From an uncultured virus (IMG/VR IMGVR_UViG_3300029319_000024) (taxonomy: Duplodnaviria > Heunggongvirae > Uroviricota > Caudoviricetes), in IMG/VR virus record IMGVR_UViG_3300029319_000024, positions 1 to 64,000 of that record: a stretch of DNA of 64,000 bases. The stretch is one strand, 5' to 3'. Below are positions 8,415 to 19,068 of this stretch, one piece after another. A program made the position numbers and the translations under genes. The notes below the pieces were generated by a model that was given only the letters and a program-made list of their open reading frames with translations, made no database searches and was not told where the DNA came from. Position 1 is the stretch's first letter, and every line of letters begins with the position of its first letter.

Positions 8415-9676
8415 TGGGAATATTTAGCAGTAAAACTAAACAAGCACCTCCAGCAGATGTAATAACAACTCCAGAAACAGGTTACTCTTTTATATCTCCT
8501 TATATGGAGGACTACTCAAGAAGACTTCTTGCTTCTTACTTTGGCTCTCCTGGTGAATATGAGGGTTTAATATCCAGACCTAGAGATATACCAATAGAAC
8601 AAACAGCAGGCCTTACACCATTACAAATACAAGCAAGACAAGCTTCACAAGGTTTAGGTCAATTTATGCCTTTTGTAGATCAAGCTAGAGGCATGATAGA
8701 AGAAGGTGCTGGAACTGTATCAAGTGGTTTAGGTGCGTTACAAAGAGCAGAACAAAGTGGTATAGGTGCAACTCAAGCGTTTGATCCTAGTAGCGTATCA
8801 TTATTTTATGATCCATACGAAGATCAAGTGGTGCAACAAACATTAGAAGATATAAACAGAGCATCAGCACAACAAGACATAGGGCTACGTGATAGAGCTA
8901 TCAGTCAAGGTGCGTTTGGTGGATCAAGAGGTAGAATAGCCCAAGAAGAATTAGCAAGACAAACAGGCAGAGGTGCAGCAGAGGCTGTAGGTGCTATTAG
9001 AAGTCAAGGTTTTGGTAGAGCACAAGATGCTGCAAGACAATCATTTGAAGCACAACAAGGTAGACAAGCTGGACTTGCAAGCTTACAAGCAGGTTTAGGT
9101 GGGCAACAGGCAGCTTTAGGCGGACAACAAGCAGCATTAGGTCAAGGCATTGCAGGTCTAGGACAGCAAGGACAAGGAATGCTAGGTAATCAAATTAATC
9201 TGTTAAATCAACTTGGTCAACAAGGTCAAGCAACTCAACAAGCTGCACTATCAAGACAGTTTGGTGCAGCACAACAGCTTGCTCAAGAACCATTACAAAG
9301 ATTACAAGTTGGTCAAGCGTTACTTGCTGGATCACCAATGGGAGGAATCTCTGGTGGTACTGGTACAAGTGCTTATCAACGTGGTTCTTATCAAGATCCA
9401 AGCACCTTCTCCAAAGCGGCAGGTGCTGCAGGTACTATAGGAACTTTGATTGGTATGTTCTCTGACTCAGAGTTAAAAACTAATATTACTAAAGTAACAG
9501 ACATTGAGCCTAACATTGGTTGGTATACATGGGATTGGAATGACAAAGCTAAAGAGCTTGGTATAGATTCAGAGCCAACAGAAGGTGTACTAGCTCAAGA
9601 GGTATTAGAAGTTAAACCAGATGCAGTAATAGTTAAAGACGGTTACTACGCTGTTGACTACGCTAAGGTATTGTAA
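8414..9676 (+). CDS. DNA ejection/pilot-like protein with C-terminal auto-chaperone (S74-like) domain
   Basis: Q/A/G-rich helical body; C-terminal SDSELKTNI...GVLAQEV...GYYAVDY. Confidence 0.6.
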   Translation: MGIFSSKTKQAPPADVITTPETGYSFISPYMEDYSRRLLASYFGSPGEYEGLISRPRDIPIEQTAGLTPLQIQARQASQGLGQFMPFVDQARGMIEEGAGTVSSGLGALQRAEQSGIGATQAFDPSSVSLFYDPYEDQVVQQTLEDINRASAQQDIGLRDRAISQGAFGGSRGRIAQEELARQTGRGAAEAVGAIRSQGFGRAQDAARQSFEAQQGRQAGLASLQAGLGGQQAALGGQQAALGQGIAGLGQQGQGMLGNQINLLNQLGQQGQATQQAALSRQFGAAQQLAQEPLQRLQVGQALLAGSPMGGISGGTGTSAYQRGSYQDPSTFSKAAGAAGTIGTLIGMFSDSELKTNITKVTDIEPNIGWYTWDWNDKAKELGIDSEPTEGVLAQEVLEVKPDAVIVKDGYYAVDYAKVL

Positions 9677-11718
9677 TGCAAGGAATAATGTCAGGTATGG
9701 AGCCTGTAAGATTAAAAAAAGGTGGCTTTCCTGATCTAACAGGTGACGGCAAAGTAACTCAAAAAGATATTCTTAGAGGACGTGGCATAGAAGGATTTGC
9801 TAACGGTGGCGATGCTGATAAAAGATTTATGAATCTTCAAAGAACTGCTGAAGGATCAGGTGCAAACCTTAGAGACTTTACTGATCTTGTATTTGATCCA
9901 ACCGATCCTGTTGATTATGCAATAGCAGGTCTTATGGTTTTTCCTCCAGCAGCAATAGCAGCTAAACTTATTAAGTTAGGTGTTAAAGGAAATAAACTTA
10001 AAGATAAAATGAAAAAAGTTGAGACCATAAAAAATGCTCAACGATCAATGGGTACAAAAGCAAAAGATTTATTCACCACTAATCCAATAGATAATATGGC
10101 AGCTGCTAATGGGTTAATTCTTGGTGGTACAAGAGCAACAGCCTTAGGTGCAACAGGACAACTAGCATTAAGAAATGAATTGGCTGACATGGCAACTACA
10201 AACGAAAGAACAATATCAAGAATTGGGCCTGCGGAACTTTATAGCTATGAAGCTAGAGATCAAATTAGAGAAGATCCTTCTCTAGTTAAGAAAGGTGGCA
10301 TAGGTGAATATGTTGAAATAGCTAAAATGGTTCCAGAGTTTTATGATATTGCAAAAGATCCTGAAGGAAGAGAAGCAATGGCTGAGGTAATAAAAGAATC
10401 TTTACCTTCTATGCCTAATGTATTTGGAACAGTTGATAGTGAAATACTTAGTAAAAAAGATGGAGGCATAATTGGATTTGCAAAAGGTGGTGCTGTAAAA
10501 AAAGGTGGTAAAACTTTCCTAGATAAGACTAAAAAGAAAATTAAACTAAAAAAAGATGGCACACCAGATAAAAGATATAAAGTTGAAACTAAAACTCCAG
10601 ACAAACCTAAGTCTAGTGGCACAAAAATTAATGAAAAACTAAAACCAAAAAAACAAACTCCAGCACAAAAGAAAGCAGCGGCAGAAAGAAAAAGAAAAGC
10701 AAATCTTAAAAAAGCTGAGAAGAAAAGACAAGCTGATATAGATGCTAAAGCTAAAGCTGATGCAGCAGCTAGAAGAAAAGCAGATGCAGATGAGTTTAAT
10801 CAAAGCAGACAACAAACTCCTGCTACTAAGTTAGATGATACAACCACAGGTGGTACTCCCAAAACAGGTGGAGGAGTTCCAGAAGGTGATCTACCCAAAC
10901 AAGGATTTTTTCAAAATCCTGTACCTTATCTCAGTCCAAACATATTTAATCCTGCTACAAAAGCCAAGGGAACTAAAGCAATACTTGCTGGTGCTGCTTT
11001 AATACCCGGTATGTTAAGAGATTCTGATGGCTCTGAACAAGATAGACCTATAAAAGATGATGTAATCATAACAGATGATAACATCTTCGACAGCGATACA
11101 GACGCAGTTATTCCTGACAGAGATCCTAGTGCATGGGCAGACATTATGAAAAATAGATTGATTACTGATCAAGGTTTTCAATTAGATGATAAAGGTAATT
11201 TTGTAGACAAACCTAAGTTTAGAAACTATTTAAAATCATTACCTGGTGCATACGCTGACAAAGTACAAAGAGATCCTGACTTTGCTAAGAAGATGATGGC
11301 AGGTTTCTTAAACATGATGAAACCAGTAGAAGGATATGTACCTATTAATCCAGCCGTTGCATTTGGTGAGGGATACTTAGGCGAAGAAACAAGACAAGCT
11401 GACATGCTACCTGCTGATGCTAAGATGCTTCAATTCTTACAAGCTAATCCAGATCTTTATGATAAGTATTTAGAATCTGAATCAGCTAAAGCTGGGGTGT
11501 TATTAGCAGATATAAAAGCAGAACAAGGGACAGCACTCTATAATCAATTAGTAGATACAGCAGCAGTCCTACAAAATATTCCATTAGATCAAATAGCTGC
11601 AGGAAATTATCAGCTTACATACAGAGGAATACCTATTGGGCCTTCTCAAATAACAGCTTTACTTGGTCAAGGTGTAAGCATTGTCGGTAATTCTGACTTT
11701 AAATTAGAAATAAAATAA
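9676..11718 (+). CDS. Putative internal virion protein
   Basis: 680 aa; FPDLTGDGKVTQKDIL motif, K-rich segment, several xxGG motifs. Confidence 0.5.
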   Translation: MQGIMSGMEPVRLKKGGFPDLTGDGKVTQKDILRGRGIEGFANGGDADKRFMNLQRTAEGSGANLRDFTDLVFDPTDPVDYAIAGLMVFPPAAIAAKLIKLGVKGNKLKDKMKKVETIKNAQRSMGTKAKDLFTTNPIDNMAAANGLILGGTRATALGATGQLALRNELADMATTNERTISRIGPAELYSYEARDQIREDPSLVKKGGIGEYVEIAKMVPEFYDIAKDPEGREAMAEVIKESLPSMPNVFGTVDSEILSKKDGGIIGFAKGGAVKKGGKTFLDKTKKKIKLKKDGTPDKRYKVETKTPDKPKSSGTKINEKLKPKKQTPAQKKAAAERKRKANLKKAEKKRQADIDAKAKADAAARRKADADEFNQSRQQTPATKLDDTTTGGTPKTGGGVPEGDLPKQGFFQNPVPYLSPNIFNPATKAKGTKAILAGAALIPGMLRDSDGSEQDRPIKDDVIITDDNIFDSDTDAVIPDRDPSAWADIMKNRLITDQGFQLDDKGNFVDKPKFRNYLKSLPGAYADKVQRDPDFAKKMMAGFLNMMKPVEGYVPINPAVAFGEGYLGEETRQADMLPADAKMLQFLQANPDLYDKYLESESAKAGVLLADIKAEQGTALYNQLVDTAAVLQNIPLDQIAAGNYQLTYRGIPIGPSQITALLGQGVSIVGNSDFKLEIK

Positions 11719-14700
11719 TGCCTACCATTACTTTTGCTGATGGTTCTTCCTCTTACATACCTGATAAAAAACCAGAGACTATAGCTGAAGCTAAAAGACG
11801 TTACGAACTAAGCAAGAAAGGAGAAGTTAGTGTTTTAGGGGATGTAGCTCGTCAAGGTGTAAGAGGTTTACAAAAGATTGGAGAAGGCCTAGCTACTACA
11901 GTAACATCAGGCATTGATCTATTTGCTGACACTGACTTAACTAAAGATGTTACAGAATACTATCAAAGCATTGATCCGGGAGAGGCTGAAACTACAGCAG
12001 GTGAAGTAACAAGATACATGGTGCAGTTTGGATTACCTGGCTTTGGTGTTGCAGGAGTCCTATCAAGATACGGTAAAATGGGCAAAATTAATTCAGCACT
12101 AGCTGGTGGATTAGTTGACGGAGCTGTAGCTACAGATGATGTAGTGACTCTTGCTGATACATTCATAACTAAAAGCGAATCAGATCAAGATAGATTAGCT
12201 AGGCTTGAAGGTGCTGAAGCGGCTCAAGCTAGATTATTAGATAGACTAGAAGTAGCAGGAGAAGGTGCCGCATTTATATTAGGGCTACCACTTGCAGGTA
12301 AACTAGCATTAAGTATAGGAGGCACCGCAATAGATTCATTAGCACCAGCGGCTTCTTATGCAACTAAAGCATTAACATCTGGTAAAAGTGGAGAGCTACA
12401 AAAGACTGCCTTTGATTCTAATACTGGCATGGCTAGTAATCTTAAAAAGTATTTTACCTTTGCATCAGAAAGACCAGATAATTTTACAGCACAAACAATG
12501 GCTACCAAAACATTTCAAGTTAAAGCTGCTCAAGAAGCTGTAGATGCTACCTTTGATACTGTGATCAACACAACTCAAAAAGCTGTTAATCAAGGCACAA
12601 TAAACCAAACCAATGCTTTAGCTCTGTCAAGAAACATAGAAGACTTTATGTTTCCTAGAATAAGAGTTGACTTTCAATCTCCTAACATGAAAACAGCAGA
12701 TAAAATTAAAGAAGCAAGAAAGTTACAGAAACAAGCTGAGCAAAACATTAAAGACTTAGAGAACAGATATATTAATTACAAATCTATGGGTCTTGGAGAA
12801 GGTCTAAAAATATCTACGCTACTAAAAAACAACAGAGATGTGTTTGATACCTACTCTCAAAATGTTTTAAATTACAGTGACGAAGGTGCAGATGGTTTTA
12901 TGCACTTATTTATACCAGAAGAAGTTAGAAATACAATAGTAGCAAATGCAGGTTTGTATGGAACAAGAGCATATAAGGCTATGCTTGATAATACTTTTAC
13001 AATTAATCCAGAGTTTCAAGCTAAGGCTATAAAAGAAATACAAGAAACATTTGACATTAGTAAAGGAGAAGCAGAGAACGCTTTTAGTGGACTATTAAAT
13101 CCTGGGCCTAAAAATAAAAATAGTTTTGCTTTTGAAACAGATCAAATGTTTTTACAAGGATTAAATTCAGACAGTGGTATATTAAAAGGTAGAACTTTAA
13201 CTAATCTCCCAGAAACAAGAAGGGCTTTGGGAGAATCTGCTGGTTACTTAGAGGGTGATTGGAAGTCTGCCTTAAACAATACCAAACTTACTGCTAGTGT
13301 TACATCTCAAAGATTGTCTGCTTTAACAGCCAAGGCAGAAATGTTTAACAGTTTAAAACAATTAGATGATATTGCAGATAAAACAGGTGGAGTTAAATTT
13401 TTAAAACCAAAAGAGTTTGGTATGTCTCAAGATGGAAAGTTTTTAAATGAAGTTCCTGTATCAAATCCTAACAATCCAAAAGAGCAAATAATATTTAAAA
13501 GATTTAACGAAGATGCAGGTGCACTCGCAGGATCTTATGCAAGGGCAGATGTGCACGATGCTTTGATGGACGCTGTATCAGATCAAGTTGGTAATTCAAG
13601 TATTTTAAGAAGATATTACACAGGGTTTTTAGGCATAAAAGCAGCGTCACAGTATGGTAAAACAGTTTTATCTCCAGGTGCACAGGTAAGAAACTTTACG
13701 AGTATTCCATTTTTCTCTTTATTAAATGGTAATCTTGGTAGCACAGGTAGATTTGTAGATGCTGTAGGAACAAGTTTTTCTGGACTGTTTGATCCTAAAA
13801 AAAGAATATTAAAAGCAGATAAGATTAACGAGGTCATAGAAGAGGGCATATTACAAAGAGGTGGTGCAAATCTTGGAGAGATAAAAGAGATAGCAAAATT
13901 AGCAAGTAATGAATTTAAGTTAGCATCACAAATAGGAAAAGCTAAAGACGCTAGCAGTATGAAACTGTTTGAAAAAGCATACGGCATGACTGATGATGCT
14001 GGTCGTGTGTTCGGATACTTAAATGAAAAAGAAAGGTTTTTACAAGCTGTTTTAAAAGAACCAGATTCATTTATTCCCATAGACGCTTCAAAAAATTTAG
14101 TAAAGTTTTCAGATTTAGTTGAAGCTGGTAAAGGTGGAGCAAGAATAAAACCATCTGCGATTATAAATAAATATGGCGAAGAAGGTTTAGAGTCTTTTGT
14201 TAGAGGTGAGATGGGAGAGGTAGCTGCTAACACCATACAGAACTATAAAAGAGTTGTGCCTGGAGTTGGCTCTGTTATAAGAAACTCACCCTTTGGTAAC
14301 TTTGTTGCGTTCCCTGCTGAAATAATAAGAAACACTGGCAATGCTGTATCAAGAAGTATAAGAGAGTTAGCCAGCGACAGCAAAGAATTACAAAAAATAG
14401 GCATGAGAAGACTGACTGGTGCTGTAGCCACAACCACTGCTTTGCCAACTGGATTAGTTGCTCTTGGATCAGCACTAACAGGTGTAACAAAAGAAAAGAT
14501 AGATGCTTATAAAAGATCATTCGCTGCACCTTGGGATAGAACAGCATCGCTTATACCAATAGCATCTGATAAGGACGGCAATCCTACACAGTTTATAAAC
14601 TTTAGTTACATGAACCCATACGACTATCTTAAAAGACCTGTAACAAGAGTAATGCAAGAAGTGGCTAACGGTAATCGTGATGAAGAATCTTTAACAAAAA

Positions 14701-15593
14701 TCATGTTCGATGGAACTAGCGGTATTGTACAAGAAATGTTCCAACCCTTTGTAGAACCAGCGTTTTCTCTACAAGCTTTTAATGATGCCGCAAGAGGAGA
14801 AACATCTACAGGTAAAAAAATATGGGGAGTATCAGATACTTTAGGAGATAAAGTTGCTAAAGGTATGTATCATATTTCAGATCAAGTTTTGCCAACTGTT
14901 ACGCCATTTAGAATACAACCTGATATAACTGGTAAAGGAGCACTTGGAGTATCACCGCCACAGATGGTATCTAAAAACTTTCCACGTGCAGTTTTTGGTA
15001 GCACCAATAAAAAAGGCGAAGATAAAATAATAGATAGAATGGGTAATGTTATAGACGTAGAAGAAACTTTAATGCAAGCCTTTACTGGATTAAAAGTAGT
15101 TAAACCACAAGTAGATAGATCATTACGATACAGAGGCTTTGAGGCTAACGATGCTATAAGAGATGCAACTAATACTTTTAATAGATTACTTAGAAGTAAT
15201 GATCCCAAAACATCAGAACAATTATTGCAAGGATATATGGGACAAAATGAAAATAGATTTAGAGCCTTAAGAGAGTTATACACTGCAATAGAAGATGCAA
15301 GAGCATTAGGAATGTCTGAACAACAGATAAAAGAAAAACTAAAAGATGCTAAGGTTGCTAACTATGAAATGGTTATGAGAGGAATATTTAAACCAATTAC
15401 AGTAAGCCCAGACTTATTAAGAGAAGCACGTATAAAAGGAACACAAGTTAATCCAGCTGTCTTCCCTGTCGCTGAACAAAGACTAAGACAGGATCTTGAA
15501 GGTGCTTTTATAAACCCACTACAAATAGATAGATCAAGAGCAGCTCAAGTTTTAAGGGAAGAAGAAGAAAAAAAACTTACAGGTAGTCCCTAA
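11718..15593 (+). CDS. Large internal virion/ejection protein
   Basis: 1291 aa helical protein, last gene of the structural arm, as in podoviruses. Confidence 0.6.
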   Translation: MPTITFADGSSSYIPDKKPETIAEAKRRYELSKKGEVSVLGDVARQGVRGLQKIGEGLATTVTSGIDLFADTDLTKDVTEYYQSIDPGEAETTAGEVTRYMVQFGLPGFGVAGVLSRYGKMGKINSALAGGLVDGAVATDDVVTLADTFITKSESDQDRLARLEGAEAAQARLLDRLEVAGEGAAFILGLPLAGKLALSIGGTAIDSLAPAASYATKALTSGKSGELQKTAFDSNTGMASNLKKYFTFASERPDNFTAQTMATKTFQVKAAQEAVDATFDTVINTTQKAVNQGTINQTNALALSRNIEDFMFPRIRVDFQSPNMKTADKIKEARKLQKQAEQNIKDLENRYINYKSMGLGEGLKISTLLKNNRDVFDTYSQNVLNYSDEGADGFMHLFIPEEVRNTIVANAGLYGTRAYKAMLDNTFTINPEFQAKAIKEIQETFDISKGEAENAFSGLLNPGPKNKNSFAFETDQMFLQGLNSDSGILKGRTLTNLPETRRALGESAGYLEGDWKSALNNTKLTASVTSQRLSALTAKAEMFNSLKQLDDIADKTGGVKFLKPKEFGMSQDGKFLNEVPVSNPNNPKEQIIFKRFNEDAGALAGSYARADVHDALMDAVSDQVGNSSILRRYYTGFLGIKAASQYGKTVLSPGAQVRNFTSIPFFSLLNGNLGSTGRFVDAVGTSFSGLFDPKKRILKADKINEVIEEGILQRGGANLGEIKEIAKLASNEFKLASQIGKAKDASSMKLFEKAYGMTDDAGRVFGYLNEKERFLQAVLKEPDSFIPIDASKNLVKFSDLVEAGKGGARIKPSAIINKYGEEGLESFVRGEMGEVAANTIQNYKRVVPGVGSVIRNSPFGNFVAFPAEIIRNTGNAVSRSIRELASDSKELQKIGMRRLTGAVATTTALPTGLVALGSALTGVTKEKIDAYKRSFAAPWDRTASLIPIASDKDGNPTQFINFSYMNPYDYLKRPVTRVMQEVANGNRDEESLTKIMFDGTSGIVQEMFQPFVEPAFSLQAFNDAARGETSTGKKIWGVSDTLGDKVAKGMYHISDQVLPTVTPFRIQPDITGKGALGVSPPQMVSKNFPRAVFGSTNKKGEDKIIDRMGNVIDVEETLMQAFTGLKVVKPQVDRSLRYRGFEANDAIRDATNTFNRLLRSNDPKTSEQLLQGYMGQNENRFRALRELYTAIEDARALGMSEQQIKEKLKDAKVANYEMVMRGIFKPITVSPDLLREARIKGTQVNPAVFPVAEQRLRQDLEGAFINPLQIDRSRAAQVLREEEEKKLTGSP

Positions 15594-16669
15594 AAAGGCA
15601 CGCCTGTTTCAACCCAAGGTCTTATACTAGATATTGTTCCATTCAAAAGCTTTCTAACATTCTCACACTGAACGATCAGTTCTTTTGGAAAGTTGCTGTT
15701 GACAATCTCTATCAGCTCCTTGCTAGAATAAAAATTATCTCCTGTAGATTGTTTGTCTTTGGCTACATTAACAAACCTAAAATCATCTTTCTCATAGACT
15801 ACAAAGGTATCATCAACTTGTAATACTTTAGCTGGTATTAGTTCAGGTATGTAGTTGTGGTTTGCACAACCTGTGATTTGTTTTTCCTTGCTTATCACTT
15901 TGTTCTGCGTGGAACAAATCCATTCGCCTGTTTCAATATCTGGATTAGAAAAACGACAAGACCTACAGTGTAGTTTTTCAGGCAAAGATCTACCAAGATA
16001 TGCGGCCTGTTGTTTCTTTGACATATAGCTACGTATTCTATAGTCAGTCAGTGGTATGTTATTCTCTGGTGGTGTCTTGGTCTTCAATATGTTTTCAGCT
16101 TTGTCCATAAACATTTCAAACTTTAAGTAATCAAAGTCTATGATCTCTGTGTATAGAGCAGAGTTGTTCTTGTTATAAACAATAGCTATGCAGTGATCTA
16201 ATTTAAACAAGCCCATATACAAATGGATTTGTGCGTCATACTCCTCTGACCAATTACAATAGCTACCTAGTTTTTCTAGCTTGTTAAAACGATTGTCGTT
16301 AGCTGTCTTGAACTCTAGTAAGTATGGCTTGTTTGGTTTGAGTCCAGGTAAGTTCTTAGCCACACCGTCTATGTGTCCTTTTAAATGGCCACCGAATGCT
16401 TTGGTTTCAAACTGTCTGCCGTCCTTTTGCACATCGTAGATAGTCGCACCTGGTATCTTGCGTAGCTTTTCGATCAAGTGATCTTCTACTACATTACCTA
16501 AGTCTAGCAACCTAAGAACTCTTGGCTCCCATTCATTAGGCATGAGCCAGCGGTATCGCATCCAAAGGAGCCTTTGATTAGGATTACCGATACCACTGAT
16601 ACCCAAATAAAATCTTCGTGGTTGTTTGTTGTTTGTTTCTACTTCATCAAGTAGATGATTGATTGTCAT
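15590..16669 (-). CDS. PD-(D/E)XK (Cas4-like) exonuclease
   Basis: GHIDG...LLEFKT...YDAQIHLYM and C-terminal CRSC..C..C. Confidence 0.85.
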   Translation of the reverse strand: MTINHLLDEVETNNKQPRRFYLGISGIGNPNQRLLWMRYRWLMPNEWEPRVLRLLDLGNVVEDHLIEKLRKIPGATIYDVQKDGRQFETKAFGGHLKGHIDGVAKNLPGLKPNKPYLLEFKTANDNRFNKLEKLGSYCNWSEEYDAQIHLYMGLFKLDHCIAIVYNKNNSALYTEIIDFDYLKFEMFMDKAENILKTKTPPENNIPLTDYRIRSYMSKKQQAAYLGRSLPEKLHCRSCRFSNPDIETGEWICSTQNKVISKEKQITGCANHNYIPELIPAKVLQVDDTFVVYEKDDFRFVNVAKDKQSTGDNFYSSKELIEIVNSNFPKELIVQCENVRKLLNGTISSIRPWVETGVPF

Positions 16670-16672
16670 TAT

Positions 16673-16825
16673 TTACCTGCCTTGTCCTTTATATGCTTTG
16701 TATGATCTTTTTTTTGATTTGTTCATGTGGGATGTAGAAATTTTAATTCTACGGCCTCGCCCACCTGTTCCTTGTGAGGTGCATTTTTTAATATGCTCTA
16801 TGCCTGTAAGTGTTCTAGTTTTCAT
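16673..16825 (-). CDS. Small basic protein
   Basis: MKTRTLTG...KKRSYKAYKGQGR; GGAG upstream of ATG 16825. Confidence 0.6.
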   Translation of the reverse strand: MKTRTLTGIEHIKKCTSQGTGGRGRRIKISTSHMNKSKKRSYKAYKGQGR

Positions 16826-17087
16826 TTTGTTTCTCCAATATATTTTCTTGCATTTGTAACCAATCAGAATCAATTTGTTTCTCTAATATTTTTTCTGCTG
16901 TTTCTACAGATTTTTTAATACTTTTAAAATTTTGATTTGCTAATTTTTGTAATGCTTCCCAATAACAATCGTATTTGTTAGCTAAATATCTACAGGTAGC
17001 AATTTCACCTATACCTTGACTTGTATAAGATTTTATTTCTTCTGCAATAATCTCTCTTGCTTTTTTTATATCGTTAGCATCAATCAC
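16815..17087 (-). CDS. Hypothetical protein
   Basis: Translationally coupled ORF within the operon. Confidence 0.55.
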   Translation of the reverse strand: MIDANDIKKAREIIAEEIKSYTSQGIGEIATCRYLANKYDCYWEALQKLANQNFKSIKKSVETAEKILEKQIDSDWLQMQENILEKQNEN

Positions 17088-18754
17088 AACATTATCTCCT
17101 TGTTTTGTTTTGTCTTGATCCCTATAACATTCTCATACTTGCCCTGCTTTTGTAAGACAATCTCTGATATGTTTTCAAAGGCACCACTATTAATTAATTC
17201 AGCAGCCATCCAGGGTTGCTTAGGAGCACCCCACTTCTCTGCTATCTTTTTCCATCTACGAACAGCCATGTGGTGTGCTTTAGGATGTCCGAACATTAAG
17301 GGCATTTTCTTTGGAAAGAACTCATCCTTAACTGTAAAGATCACTTGACAATACTCACTGCCGTTCATGGATTTGGTCACGGTTGCATAGATGTCAGTAA
17401 CAGGTTTGTATCTTGGCTTGGCTTTCTTTCTCTCATCAGATAAGACAGCTTGCCTTTCTGCTTTAGTTCTTCTAGCAACTTCTTTTTCTTTTTTGGTTTG
17501 TAGTTCTTGAAACTTTTTAGATCCCTCAAACTCTTGTCCACACTCTACACATTTTCTAGCAGAGGGTAAATTGATCGCATTACAACTAGCACATATCTTA
17601 GGATGATATCTGCCCGGTGCTGTACGATCTGGTTGCACCTCATCAAGACAGCCATGCCTTGCTACATTCTCTCCATAGTCTAGTAGCAAACAGTTTTCTT
17701 TATCATCATGCAGTCTCATACCTCTACCACACATTTGCACAAACAAGCCAACGCTTTGTGTTGGTCTAAGCAAAGCTATGCAGTCTGCTCTTGGAGCATC
17801 CCAACCCTCGGTCAAGACACCAACATTACATATAGCATGCACTGAGCCGTTATTAAATTTTTCTAGTATGTCCTCTCGTTTTTCTTTTGGTGTCTCACCT
17901 GTCACACACTCAGCCATGATCCCATAGTTCTGCAAGCATTGAGTCATCTTCTCTGCGTGTAGCACTGACACACAAAAGAATACTGTAGCTGTTCTGCCTT
18001 TGGTGTAGGCGTTGTCAATCCAATCGTTTATAACTTGTAAGATCGTATCATCTACCATAGCTACCTTTTCTAACTCACTCTCTTTGAAGTCTCCGTTCTT
18101 AAACTTTAGTGCTACAGCTCCTGCATCAATGACAGCGTTATCATTTACAGCATAAGCAGATAGCCTGGATAAGAAACCATTACGGATCAGTTCAGGTATT
18201 GATACTGAATAAGCCAAGCCTTTGAAGAAATGATCTTTACGGTTGCCATAGATATAACCTTGTCCCATACGATATGGTGTTGCAGTACAACCCATAACAC
18301 GCATAGGCTTTCTATCAGACAAAGTGCTTATAATTTTTTTGTATCTAGTGTGTGAACTTGGTGGCACATTATGTGCTTCATCTATAATCATGTAATCAAA
18401 ACTACCTACAGCCTCTAATCTTTTGGGTGATGCTAAAGTATCACGACTGGCTATAAGTATTTGTGAATCTATCTCAAAACGTTTCATACCTGCTGCTAAC
18501 ACCCCAACAGGTGCTTCAGGCCATACTGTTTTTAATTTTGTTTCTGCTTGCTCTACCAATTCTTTTCTGTGTGCTAAGACAAGAAACCTGGCATTAGGAT
18601 CTTTAGCAAATATCTCTTTAATAAAATGTGAAAAGATAATAGTCTTACCTGCTGCTGTAGGCAATGCAATTAAAGCGTGATCCTCTGCTGGTTTGGTATC
18701 AAACCATTTGTGCAGAGAATCTATTGCATCTCTTTGGTAGTAGCGTAGTTTCAA
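17084..18754 (-). CDS. SF2 DEAH-box helicase (RadD/YejH-like) with Zn finger
   Basis: PTAAGKT, IIDEAH, TATP, QMCGRGMR, CxxC..CxxC. Confidence 0.92.
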   Translation of the reverse strand: MKLRYYQRDAIDSLHKWFDTKPAEDHALIALPTAAGKTIIFSHFIKEIFAKDPNARFLVLAHRKELVEQAETKLKTVWPEAPVGVLAAGMKRFEIDSQILIASRDTLASPKRLEAVGSFDYMIIDEAHNVPPSSHTRYKKIISTLSDRKPMRVMGCTATPYRMGQGYIYGNRKDHFFKGLAYSVSIPELIRNGFLSRLSAYAVNDNAVIDAGAVALKFKNGDFKESELEKVAMVDDTILQVINDWIDNAYTKGRTATVFFCVSVLHAEKMTQCLQNYGIMAECVTGETPKEKREDILEKFNNGSVHAICNVGVLTEGWDAPRADCIALLRPTQSVGLFVQMCGRGMRLHDDKENCLLLDYGENVARHGCLDEVQPDRTAPGRYHPKICASCNAINLPSARKCVECGQEFEGSKKFQELQTKKEKEVARRTKAERQAVLSDERKKAKPRYKPVTDIYATVTKSMNGSEYCQVIFTVKDEFFPKKMPLMFGHPKAHHMAVRRWKKIAEKWGAPKQPWMAAELINSGAFENISEIVLQKQGKYENVIGIKTKQNKEIML

Positions 18755-18945
18755 TTTAATCCAAGTATTCTATAAATTTTTCTATGTCGATCGGTTCTCG
18801 TATCTACATTTAACAATAACATTTTAGCTTCTTTTACTTTATCGTTTAAATCAGTAGGTAAACTGTCAAAGTTTTGATCTAAAGAGTTTAATAAAGATGT
18901 CATTGATTTAACTAAGGCTCTAGCCTCTCTCTTATCTATATTCAT
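18751..18945 (-). CDS. Hypothetical protein
   Basis: GGAG RBS; overlaps the helicase start. Confidence 0.55.
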   Translation of the reverse strand: MNIDKREARALVKSMTSLLNSLDQNFDSLPTDLNDKVKEAKMLLLNVDTRTDRHRKIYRILGLN

Positions 18946-19068
18946 AATTTCTCCAAAAATTATTTTAGGGTTATACTACCCTTAGGTGCGAGGAGTAGCT
19001 TTATAATATAAACTAGAGGTATAAAGCCACTCACTCGATTTATTTATTTACTCTCTCCTGTAAATAAA

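Noticed and set aside
13616..15283. Antisense ORFs within large structural genes (also at 52157, 52817, 56683 and elsewhere)
   Set aside because: Shadow frames of long sense genes with no RBS or recognisable motif.
15590..16669. CRISPR-associated Cas4
   Set aside because: It sits in a Sak4/SSB/helicase recombination operon, typical of a stand-alone phage exonuclease.
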